A DNA stretch of 64,000 bases, from assembly GCA_004431415.1 (NCBI GenBank), contig QPMI01000130.1, forward strand, positions 29,930 through 93,929, written 5' to 3'. This document shows, in pieces, positions 36,630 through 48,325 of the stretch; position 1 is the stretch's first letter; each line of letters begins with the position of its first letter. The position numbers and the translations under genes were made by a program. The notes below the pieces were generated by a model. The model searched no databases. It saw only the letters and a list, made by a program, of their open reading frames with translations, and was not told the origin of the DNA. The DNA comes from Cyanophora paradoxa CCMP329. Lineage: Eukaryota > Plantae > Glaucophyta.

Positions 36630-37359
36630 CCCGGCCCCCTGCGGGGCCCCCTCAGGACCCCGGGCCCTCCTCTCGCCCCGAGGCTTGAGATACGTATACA
36701 GTAGTGTTGCAACTGGGATTATGCACGAGTAGCGGCACGTGTGCGTCGACAGGCCTAGGATCTTTGCAATTGAGCGAGCTCTCCGAGGCTCAGTCCAAGT
36801 CTGCATGCGGCGCACCGAGGCTCATGATCACTGCATCATGACTCATGATCATGATCAGTGATCCAGAGTCAAATTGAAGTTTGCACGAGTCTGTTAGAAT
36901 TAACTAGTAACATTAAAAATCGCCTGGTCCCGATGCCCACACCCTGCAGCACTGCGGCATGCAGTCTGCAACCGTTAGCGATATCGATGAATCTCGCCAA
37001 GTGTCGCGGCGCGATGTCGTCATAGTACGAGTTGTTTATTGCACTTGAATCGCTCGATGCCCGCCAGCGGCCCGTTACGCCCGACCCCCAAGCGGTGCTC
37101 CTCAGTCGGGGCAAAATTCAAGGCTTCTGCATTACGCAAAACGGCCCACAGCTTTCCAACTGCCACTGCCTACGCCAACCGGACAGACGCCCGCCCTAGG
37201 GACTGCGGCCAGGAACGCTAAAGAAACTGAGAAAGGCAAGGTATTATGCGGGAGGCGGGCCGGCGCGCCGTCGCGCCGGCGCCAACTGTTCAAGAAATAA
37301 TTACAACCACGGGTCCGCCGCCGGGCGGCGGAGGTGGTGCCGGAGAGGCCGGGGGGCGC

Positions 37360-38811
37360 TTAGGCGCGCTTGGGGACCTTGGACTCCCAGCCCTGGGAGA
37401 CGGCCCACGAGGGCTGCTTGTTCGGCTGCACCGCCACCGACTTGGCGACGTTGAGCCAGGCGAGCGGGTTGCCGGCCGACTGGGAGCCGCTGGCCGAGAA
37501 GGCGCGGCGGGGGGCGACCGAGGAGAAGACGGAGAAGGGCTGCTTGGCGCGGTAGTCGGCGCCGTAGCGGGGGGTCTTCATGAGGAAGGGGGTCTCGCCG
37601 GTGGCGCGGCCGGCGAGGACGCGCTGGCGCTGGAACGGCACGGTGTGCTCGCCGAAGTTGGCCTTGTACTCGTCCGACTCGACGAGGGCGTCGATGAAGC
37701 CGTGCACGCCCTTGTTGGCGATGACGATCGACCACGCGATCTTCTCCGCCTGGCTGTACACGTCGCGCCCGAGGATGCGCTGCACCGCGATCTCGACGAA
37801 GCTGCCGCCGCGCCTCAGCAAAGGAATGGAAAGGAAAGGGGAGACGGGCGGGCGGGCGGACCGGTAGTTGGAGTTGGTGTCGAAGTTGGTGGCGAGGAAG
37901 GCCGGAGAGGTGGCGAGGCCCTTGACGAACTCCTTGACGGTGATCCGCCCGTCGCGCACGCGCGTCTCCAGCTCGACCTGGCGGTCCGCAGCCAGGTGGT
38001 GCACGTTCATGATCTGCCGCCGCGCGCCGCCCCCCGTCAGCCACGCCCGACCGGCCGGCGCGGCGAGCGCGGACGGCCTGTACCTGGTTGTACGCGGCCC
38101 AGATCATGGCGTCGCGCTCAGCGACGGTCGGCTGCTCGGCGGTGTTGAAGCGGGTCGGGGCATCGGTGGTGATGCGCTCGAAGCCGGCTGCGCGGCGCCC
38201 GGTGAGCGGCGAGCCCTCGGCGAGACGTGCGATTCAAACAGGCTCACCGACGCGCGAGTTCTGGCAGGTGGGGGCGTACTTGAGGAGGGGGATGGACGCG
38301 CCAGTGGTGGCCACGCCGATGACCTTCGCCGGCTTGCCCTCGGTGGTGAGCGACGCGAGCTCGAAGTCAATCGAGTTCTTCTGCGCGACCCTGCCGCACC
38401 GCCGGACGTCAGGATCCCGACTTGGAGCGGCGCCGAGGGGTGGACTCACGAGACGAAGCGGCGGACAACGCTGGTCGACTTGCCAGCGCGGCCGGTGGCC
38501 TTGATGTCCTTAGCCGAGCCGGTGGTCTTCGAGAACTTCAGCTTGGCGCTGATCTCGAACGACGCCTGCTGGGCCGCCGGGGCAGCCTGAACGCTCTTGC
38601 CCAGGTGCTCGCTGCGCCGGCCAATCGTCAGAAAAACTGCCAAAGCAAACAGGTGGACGCGATGGAAGGCTGGCGAGGCTCGCCAAGACGAAACCGACTC
38701 GCGCTAGGAATTCAGGCCGGCGGAGGCGGGAAAGGCAGCTACGCACCGGGCATTAATGTCAACGGACTGGCGGAGGCCCGCGGGCGTGAGGGCGACGGCG
38801 AACGCGTTCAT
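37360..38811 (-). CDS. cpcG: Phycobilisome rod-core linker polypeptide, nuclear-encoded with plastid transit peptide
   Basis: SIPLLKYAPTCQNSRVAGFE, IWAAYNQI, ITVKEFVKGLATS, TNSNYRFVE...RILGRDVY...EKIAWSIVIA, FGEHTVPFQRQRVL and TPRYG; N-terminus MNAFAVA. Confidence 0.95.
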
Positions 38812-39361
38812 GGCGGCGAACTGTGCTTCGAACTCGGATTCCTTCTCTGATCACCCGGCGCGCCTCTACCCCCCCGGCCCCTGAGTTCAAATTCAGAGTT
38901 CAAACTGCAAGTTGGCTCGTCCTCGCGCATCGAAGCTTTACGTCCTCGAAGCTTTACGACTGATTACATCTCTCTCGCCGCTCTCGCCGCCCAAGCTCCG
39001 CATGCCGGCGCCGGCCGCCCGGGCGCTCCCGTGCGCCGGCCCGCCGCGGCCGCCGGGCTGGCCGCAGCCGCGGCCGGGCGCAGCTGCACTGCGGCAGCTT
39101 AAGCTACGCTATAGCTATAGGCTGGCCGGCCGCGGCGCGCGCGCGCCATATGGCGGGCCGCCCGGCGCCCAATTGCATGCTTCGCATGCATTTCGAGTGT
39201 CCGACGATACAACTGGTTAATTTGACGGTGCGGTATGTACAGGTAACTCAAGATAAAGGGGCATGGACGCGCCGGCCAGCGCCGGCGTCTGCGACTAGAT
39301 ATCGATCCAGACGTGGGCCGCAGGTGCGCCCTGCCCCATGGAAAAGCTCGAGCGCTCGAGC

Positions 39362-42300
39362 TCACGAGGCGGAGAGGGCGAGGGCCTGGCCGTCGGCGCC
39401 GGGGAGGGGGTACGAGTCCGCGGCGAACTTGCGCCAGCCGCCATCCACCCGCAGTTCCGTCATGTTCTGTTTTTGCGGGTGAGGGGGGGCCGGGGGCCAG
39501 GGGGTACCAGGGGTACAGAATAAGGCACCTTGACGGGGTTACGGAGGGCGTGCAGGCGGCGCCGCGCGGGGTCGCCGGCGTGCTCGACGACGTAGACCCT
39601 GGCGGGCGGGGCTGAGGGGGGGTACGCGGGTTGGGGGCGGAGGGGCTGCGCACCAGTACTTGTCGCCGCGGACGAGGGCGGGGTGGAGCTGGGAGAAGGC
39701 GAGGGCCACGCCGCGGGGGCCCCAGGCGCCGCGCAGGGCCTGCACCTCGATGCGGCGCTCCAAATCGCCGCATTCCCGCGACTCAAGGTCGCAGGCCGGG
39801 GTGCCGGCGGCAGCGAGGCGGCGCGGCTCACGCTTGCAGGCCAGCTCGTACTCCAGCGCGAGCTCCAGGGCCGCCTCCTTCAGCGCCAGGCGCTCCGAGG
39901 GGTCTAGCGCCCCCTCCCCCTCCTCCTCGTCGGCCTCGGCCTCGAGGTCGGTGACGCGGCGCACGGCGAAGCCCGTCGGCGAGTCCGAGAGCCGCCCACG
40001 CGCCGCCTTCAGCGGGGGCGCACCCTCCTCCGCCTCCTCCTCCGCCGGCTCCTTCTTCACGTTCGCCGCCCCCGCCGCGTTCTCCTTGCCCGCCCCCGCC
40101 CCGCCCGCCCCGCCCGAGCCGCCAGCGCCGGCGCCGCCGGAGCCGCGGCGCTTGCGCTTGCGGACGGTGGCGAGGTCGGGCGCGTCGGGCATGTAGTCGG
40201 CGTCCATCGCGTCCGCTGCCGCCGGCCGGCGCGTCAGCGGCCACGCAGGCGGCGCACGCTGGGCCCGCGGGCTGCCCCGCACCCAGGTTGGACTCGGCGG
40301 CCTCGGTCTCGCGGAGGGACTGCGGGGCGCGTGTGAGCGGGGCGGGGTCGCGGGGCAGCGGGGCAGCGGCGCCTGCTCGGCGTCGTCGAGGAGGGCGGCG
40401 ACCCAGGCGCGCTCCGCCTCGGGCAGCACCCACTTCCGCTGCCGCGCGTGCACCGCCCGCTTGATCGGCGCCTGCGCGGGCGCCGGGTTCGGCGTGGCCC
40501 CTGCGGGCGGGGCGGGGAGGGCGGGGCACCATGGTGAAGAGGACGGTGAGCTTGCTCTCGAGGGTGTCGTGCTCGGCGGCGTCCTCGAAGGAGTGGTTCA
40601 CGCACGCGCACACCTCCCGCGCCATCTGCCCCCGCGTCAGCCCCCGCAGCACCGCCGCGGCGCGGGGCCGGCGCGCCTGGCTCATGAGTTCCTCGGGGTC
40701 CTCGGTGACGATGGCGCGCCCCTGCGCGGCGTGAGGGCGGGGGCGGGACGTCGGGGGCGGGGGGGCGGGGGGTGGCGCCTTGCTGGAGAGCTTGGCCCTC
40801 CACCAGACCGTGCCGCCCTCCTCGTCGAAGAAGACCACGCAGTCGGGGTCCGCCACCTGCCCGCCGGCCCCGCCCCGCTCGCGTCCCAGGCGCGGGAGAG
40901 ATGGGGAAGGTCGGGGTTCGGCGCACGTCGACGTCGCCGTCGGCCCCCGCGTAGCGCCACTCGACGGCGAGGGAGGATGATGCGGCGGAACTCCCTTTTT
41001 CGCCCGGGGTCGCCGGCCCGGCCTTCTTATTCGAATTCGGGGCTTCAAGCTAGCGATCGCGAGCTAGGCCGCGAGCTAGGACGAGAGGATGTCCTCGCTC
41101 GATCGCGAGGTCCGTGGCGGGAGGTCAGTGGCCCGGAGCACCCGCTCCAGGTTGCCGTTCCCCCGCGCCCGCTCGAAGACCCCGGGGAATTCGTTCTTGA
41201 GGAGCTGGCAGACGAGCTCCTTGAGCCTGCCGCCGCCGTCGGCGTGGTGCGCATCGCGGAGCGGGCGGCGGCTCGCGCACTCGCGGGTGAGCTTGGAGCC
41301 CGGGCGGACGCGGGCGAGTGGGTTGAGCGACTCGGCCTCCAGGATGGGCCGCACCGCCCCCGAGAGGAGGCGCAGGCCGAGGGCCGCGAAGAGCGCCTTG
41401 AACTCCCCCAGCGTCCCGTCGGGCGGGTACCACCTGCCGCCCGACCCGTCGGCCTCGCGGGGCTGGGGCGGGCACCGGCGCCGGCTTCGGCCGCCGGGGC
41501 GAAGCGGGCGCACGCGAACTGGAGCTGGTCGGCGAAGAGCAGCTCGATGTGGCCCTGGTCCGGCACCACCACACACTCACGCTCCTGCGTGCCATCAGCC
41601 GCCGCGGGGGGCGCGGGGGGGCGTCGGGGCGCGCCTCGGCGGAGACGAAGGCCTTGCCGGTGTAGAGGGGGGCGGAGGCGACCCAGTCCTCCCACCAGTC
41701 CGGCCGCTCCTCGCCCCGGGCGATCTCGGCGAGGCGGCGGTAGCACTGGGCGAGGCCGCGCTCGAGGGTCTTGCGGGCGTCGGGGCCCTCGGGGACAGGC
41801 CGCCTGGCGAGGGCCGTCCAGCGGTCGGCGTAGAACTCGTCGTCGAGGTGCTCCCGCACGCCGAGCACGTCCACAAAGAACGGCTTCAGCTCCGCCCCGT
41901 AGTGCTCGCTCAGCGAAGGCACCTCCCGCCCCGCCGTCTCCTCCACCCGCGGCCACATCACCTGCTTCCAGATCAGAAGCACGCCGCGGGGCGCGGCGGT
42001 GCTGGCCGGGGCGGGGCGGGGCGGGCCTCGGAGGACTTGAGCCAGCGATGCCGGCCGGCCGGCACGTAGATGACGCGCTTCGACGCGAAGAAGGCTTGCA
42101 CGTGCTCGGCTCCGTACGTCCCCACGCGACGCAGCAGGAAGGCGTAGATCTTGCGCACGCTCTGCGCGGCCGGTCGCCTTCGAGAGGGAGGCGGGGCGGG
42201 GCGGGGCGGGAGGGGCGGCGCACGACATAATCGGCGGTGGAGAGGACGCCCTCCTCGGAGAGCTGCTGCAGGCGCCGCTTGATGTCGTTGAAGAGGGACT

Positions 42301-45300
42301 GCCGCCGCGCCCCGGCCCCTCAGGCCGCGTCGGCTGCGGGGCAGGGCCGGCCGGGACGGGACCTTGCTCTCGGAGGTGCGGAAGCCGAGGGCGGGGGCGA
42401 GGGCGGGCGGCACGTCGACGGCGACGCAGGGGCGCTCGTCACCGAGCAGCTCGTCGATCTCCGGGTCCTCCGAGAGGTACACCTGCCCCGGCTTCTGCAG
42501 GCCCGTCGTCGCTGCCCCGCCGTCAGGTTGGCGCCCCCGCGCCCCCGCGAGGGTGCCAGCGGACGCGGACCGGGGAACCAGTGGAGGCGCTGCATGTTGG
42601 ACCAGAGGTCGCTGGTGGTCGTTTCGACTCCCGCGTAGTCCCTGCTCTGGGGCGTGTAGCTCCACTCGATCCTCGCGTTCTGCACGTCCTTGACGGAGCC
42701 GGGGAGGGCCTGCGCGACGCTGAGGGGCTGCCGCGCACAGCGCGCGGCGCTGCCCGCCGGCCGCACCACAATCCACTGAAGGAAGGCCGTGACGCGGGCG
42801 TTGTGGTCGGCCGTGACCGCCGTCCCGGCTGCCTTCTCTTCGGCCAGCCAGCTGCGCGCCGTGAGCCGGACGCTGCGACGCCCAGGAAGGGTCGGAGGGC
42901 GGCAGAGCGGCAGGGCAGGACCTGGGGATGCGGGGCTGGCTGATGAGAATGGACTTCCTCTTTGCGCGCTGGATGCTGGCGATGCAGGAGGAGAGGGCGC
43001 GCTCGACGGGGGCGGGGAGCTCGAAGGGGTTCAACGCCGCCGCGCTCGAGGGGAAGCGGGGCACGCGCGGCACGCCCAAAACCTTCTCGAAAAAGTCGCG
43101 CCAGGAGCGCGCCTCCTCCGCCGACTGCACGTAGCCGCTCGAGAGGACGCTCAGGTCGCGCCGGTCGGCGCCCGTCGGAAGGACGAGAGGCCAGTTCGCC
43201 ACGAAGCCTTCGTCGCTCGCCGCCGCGGCGGCGCCGACGGCGTTCGCGGAGGACGATGTAGGAGGAGCTGGCCGCGGTCCCGCGCAGGCCGCTCTCGAAG
43301 AGGAGCGGCAGCCGCGCGCGGAGCACGGAGCGCGCGTTCTCCGTGATGCACTCGGAGCGCGCCGCCCACTTCTCCCGGCTGCGCCCGCTGCCGGTCAGGC
43401 GGGGCGGGGCGGGGGGCGGGCGCGGGGCGCGCATGAAGGAGGTGATCTGGAGGAGGGTCGGCCCGGCGAGAGTACGCTGGCCCCCGAGGCGGACAGCGAG
43501 CTCATCGATGTACGCGGCGAAGCTGAACGAGACGAGCCCGAGCACGTCCTGCGCCCCCGGGCCCAAGCGCAGCGTCGGCCCTGGTATGCGTAGGCGTCCC
43601 CGGGGCGGGCTGGCGCGGACCTCGAGCCAGCGGCGGAGAACGTCGTCCTTGGCGCGGGCGTCGAGGATGGCTCGGTGCGGGTGGGCCACTGGGAGCACGC
43701 CCCGCAGCGCCTCGCACGCCTCCACCGACTGCAGCAGCGCAAGCGCGTGGCTCCCGCCGTCCGCCGGCCGCAGGCACAGGAACGGCGCCGCGTCGCCGGC
43801 AGGGGCCTCCGCGAGCGGCACGAGGCCCAGCGGGCGCAGCTTGCCGGCGAGGCCGGCGGGGTTGGGCCAGCGCCGCGACTCGGGCATGAGGAGCTGCGCG
43901 GGGGCCTGGTGGGCGGGCCGTCGGGCGAGCGGGACTCGGGGCGCACGTCGTAGAGCTGGAGGAAGAAAGCCGGCTGCTGGGCCCCGATCCAGGCGCCGTC
44001 CCTCAGCATCTCCATGTACTCCCCCTCCCCGAAGTCCCTCACGCCGAGGGCGCGCAGCGCCTGCGGGCGGGCGCAGCGTGAGCGCGCAGTCGACGCAGGG
44101 CGCGGGGCGGGGCCGGGCCTCGAGAGCGGCGTGGCGGCCCTCCGTGACGACCTGCTTGGCGACCAGCGGGCGGGCGGCCAGCTTGGGCGGCACGCCGTAC
44201 TTCCGAAACAGGTCGTACAGCTGCAATCGTGCTCAAGGATTGCCCAGACAGGGCGGGCGGCTGCTGGGGGCTGGGGCGGACCGCTGGGGGGCCGATGAGG
44301 ACCTGGGCGGGCCTGCGGAAGTGGCCGTCCTCGCAGATGACGCACTGCGCGCCCTTGAGCTCGCGCAGAATGTGCTCCCGCACTGCGCCGGCGTGAGGGG
44401 CGGGCGGTTCCGCGTCCCCGGGAGGGGCCGGCACACCCCCCGCGAACATCGAGGTTGATTGAAGGGGCACGCTGGCGTAGGCGCCGAAGCGGTGCCGCTC
44501 GTCCTGCAGGAGCTGCATGAAGCCGCGGACGAAGACGCCGGGGAGCTCGGAGATGAGCCAGGCGTTCCAGGCGTTGCCGCGCGGCTCGTGGATCGTCTCG
44601 CGGCTCGCAGAGAGGAGCCAGTCAGCGTTGATCGCGAACGGCATACCGCTCGGCACCTGCGCGGCGGGCGTGGGCGCAGGCGGGGGCGGGGCGGGGCGGG
44701 TGTCGGCCCGAGGGGCGCGCACGTCGGTGGGGAGGTACGCGAAGACGCAGCCGGCGAGGGGCACGTCGGGGTCCGCGACAAGCGGGATGGCGATGCGGAA
44801 GGGCCGTCGCGTGACCCCCTCCCGCTGTGGCGCGTCAGCGGCGAAGGAGAGTGCGGCGTGACCCGGCACCTTCGGCTCAGAGATGTGCGCTGGCACGTCC
44901 CGCATCCTGCGGCGGGGCTCGGGCCAGGGCGGCGGAGGGGGGCGGGGCGCCGCACTCGTCGTAAATGAAGACGCGCACGGGGCGGGCGAGGGGCGGGGCG
45001 CTGAGGAGCTCGGCGACGGAGCGGCCGCGGCGGGAGCTGAGGGCCAGCATCCCCGGCGTCGAGCGGTCGACCGAGATGCAGCAGGCCGAGGCACCCTGGA
45101 TGTCCACCACGATGCGCTCCAGCTGCCGGCGCCGTCATGATCAGGGAGGGCCCCGACCGGGGCGCGGCCCGCAAGGCGCGAGCCGGGGCCCGCACCTTCG
45201 TGAGCCCGACGAAGAGGCTCGCGTGCAGCTCCTGCAGGCCCGCCGCCACCGTCACGTACTGCGCCAGCGTCGGTGGTGTTGGCGCAGGAGAACGGAGAAG

Positions 45301-46341
45301 GCTGGGCAGGGGCGCGCCTTGCCGCGCTTGAGGGGCAGGAGGATGACGGTCTGGCCGGGGTGCGCCTTTACGACGTCGGGGGCGTCGCCCTCCTTCCACG
45401 TGGGCACCACGTAGCCGAAGCCAAGCTCCGCGTCCGGCTCCTCGTCCAGGAAGAACTGGTACCCGTTCGAGTAGATCTCCGGCGCCCGGCTGACGACGAA
45501 CACGCTCTTGAAGCCCATCCCTGCGACCCGGTCGGACGGTGGGGTGGGGGGCAGCGCAGCGGGCAGCGCTCGGACCCTTCTCGCCGATGAAGCCGTCCTC
45601 CTTGCGGTGCTTCTTGGTCGACTCGCCGACGGTGCAGATCGCCTGGACGTTCTTCTCGTCGAACCCCGTCTCGTTGTTGATGATGGCGACTGTAACCGCG
45701 ATTATGAAACGCAAGGAGAGTCCGGGCGGGTGGTCATGAGTAAGGGGCGAGCGCACGGACACCCTCCGGGCACTTCGCCGGGTCGCGCCACAGCTTGAAG
45801 ATCAGCGAAGGGGTGGAGCCAGGCGGGTAGGAGTTGTCTTCTCCGTTCTGTATCACTTCGTGAACGAAGTGCGCGCTCTGGTTGTGAACAGGCGCGCGTG
45901 AGCGTCGAGGGCCGGCGCTCGATTCCGAGGGGGCGACCGTGCACTCACGCCGGAGTACAGATCCTTGGAGATCGTCGTAAGCATGTTTTGCGTCATCTTC
46001 GCCAAGCGCTCGGACGCGAAGAACTCGGACGCGATGTTCGCAACGACCTGGCGCTTCGCGGCGGCAATGTCGGCCGAGCTCCCTGCATTCGCAGGGCCGG
46101 CGCCTCGCCCCGTTGTCTGCGATCACGAAGCGTTTAGAATGTGCGTGTTTCAAGTAGCGCGGAGGCGCCCGCGCGCCTGCGTTCCCCCGACAACGGCAGT
46201 CTGCGGTCGAGGCGAATGCTCAGTTCGCGCGGAATCGCTGCCGTCGAGAACGCGAATCGCTTCGTCACCGAGTCTACGCACCGCTTCTGGCGTCAGCTGC
46301 GCATCGGGCTGCGGGCTGGCCCGTCTTGCAATTGGCGCCAT
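39362..46341 (-). CDS. Sacsin/NO VEIN-like GHKL ATPase with C-terminal DUF3883 (NOV_C)-like domain
   Basis: DLYS..HFVHEVIQNGEDN, NNETGF..NVQAICTVGESTK..IGEKGMGFKSVF, VFAYLPT, PFAINADWLLSASRE; C-terminal CDLES..RRIEVQA...GDKYW-VYVVE...NP. Confidence 0.85.
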
Positions 46342-46581
46342 ACTTTTTTTGAATGCACTAGCTGGGGTACGCGACCAATTCATGATCAACTGATCACATG
46401 CATGCATATGTACAGCGCCGCGTTCTAACTGAAATCGATATCACAGTCGTGTAATTATATAAAGCGCGCGTGTGCCACGGTGCAATGCAGCGCGCAGCTC
46501 CAGCTCGAGCTCAAGCTCGAGCGCTAGCTTCTTCATTGATGAGTCGGTGCGCGTCGATGGGACGGCGTGCACGTGGGCGGG

Positions 46582-48008
46582 CTACGGGTGCGGGGAGAAG
46601 AGGGCGTAGAGGGCGAGGGAGGCGGCGGTGGCGGCGTTGAGCGACTCGACGCCGGCCTCGGGCATCGGCAGCGTCAGCCGCAGCGCGCACCGCTCCGCCG
46701 CCCCCGCCGGCAGGCCCCGCCCCTCGTTCCCCACCAGCAGCACCGGCCCCGCCTTGCCGGCCGAGGCGGCGAGGGCGGCGCGGACGGCGGCGGGGGGCTC
46801 GCCGCCGCGCACCACGAGGGCCACCGTCGGGCGCCCCAGCGCGAAGAGCTCCTCCAGCTCTGCCGCCGGGCCCGGGGCTCAGAGGGGACGAGCAAGGGCT
46901 CGGGGGCGGGGCGGGGTGGGGCGGGGTGGCGGGGCACCGCCGCGGTAGAAGCGGACGCAGGCGAGGGTGCCGGCGGAGGCCTGGGCGCACTTGGGGGAGA
47001 AGGGGTCCGCCACGCCCCCCGCCAGCAGCACGCTCCGCACCGCGAACGCCGCCGCCGTCCGCACCACCGTCCCCACGTTCCCGGGGTCCTGGCCCCGCCC
47101 GTCGGCGCGGCCGGCGAGGGGTGGGCGGGGGAGGAAGGGAGGGGCACCTGGAGGTCGACGAGGGCGATGGCGGGGGCGGCGGGGTCGCTCTCGGTGAAGG
47201 GCGGCGCCGGGGGCGTCTCGAAGAGCGCCAGCACGCCCTGCGGCGTCACCGCCGACGAGAGCTTCCTGCCCCCGCGTCGGACGGCGCCGGCGGGCCGGGG
47301 CCGGCGGGCGGGCGGGCGGGCGGGGCACTTCATGACGGGCTCGGAGACGAGGACGAGGTCGGCCCCGCGGGGCAGCGGCAGCTGCGCCAGCGCCTCCTCC
47401 CCCGGCCCCTCCACCGCGTACACCCGCCGCAGCGGCATCCCCGCCTCCAGCAGGCTCCCCACCGCCCGCACCCTGCCCCGCCGCCCCGCCCTCAGCCGCC
47501 AGCCCGCCCGCCCCGCGCGCCGCGGACGAGAGAGGCGCACCCCTCCACCGCAAACGCTCCCTGCGCCTTCCGCTCTGCGGGCCGCGGCGCGGTCAGGGCC
47601 ACCGCGCGGTCGCGCCGGCGCCTGCCTGCGGGCCTTTTGCGCTGCCGAGCTTCGCGACCTGCACGATCTCCTCGTTCCGAACCGACGTGATCACGCGCGG
47701 GCTTGCCGCCCTCCCCGAGAAGGAGCGCTCGGGCTCAGACCGCCCCGGGCCGCCGAAGGTTGCATCGCGCCTTGCGCCAGCTCGCGGCCTCGGCCTCTCC
47801 TCGGCGCTAGCTGCCACGTGCCTCCAACGCGCTGGATGCGATGCGCGCGTCCGCGGCCCCTCGATCGGCTGCCAGGCTTTCGAGGGCGGCTGCGGAAGCG
47901 ATCAGCGGCGGACCTCAGCGATCGGCGGGGCGGTCGCACCCGCAGCCAGCTGATCCATCCCAGCGATACAGGCCGCGCGGAGAAGGGGGCCGCGAAGCTG
48001 GGGCGCAT
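46582..48008 (-). CDS. TrmH/SpoU family RNA 2'-O-methyltransferase, probably organellar
   Basis: VITSVRNEEIV, TPQGVLA, DLQ|DPGNVGTVVRTAAAF, DPFSPKCAQASAG, LLVGNEGRGL and LPMPEAGVESLNAATAA; N-terminal extension MRPSFAAPF. Confidence 0.92.
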
Positions 48009-48325
48009 TCCTCGTTTTCGCTGAGTGGGGAGGGTATAGGAATTTGCAGCGCAGTGCCGCAGTCCACGCGACGGTCCAGAACTAGACGCCAAGCCGCAGC
48101 TGCCTCACGTCGCTAGAAAGTTGCTCTCTGCTCTAGAAAGTCAGCCCGGTGCTTGTTCCCACAGCGGGGCGGAGCTTGCGGAACTCTTTCGGTTCGCGTC
48201 GGTAAGGGTTGGTGGGGCGCACGCGGGAGGGACTGCGCATGCGGCCTGGTAGTCGATCCTTCCATTCCTTGTAGTTTCCTGGAGTCAGCTAAGCTACATG
48301 AGCGGCTGAGCTCAGTAACGCCCCA

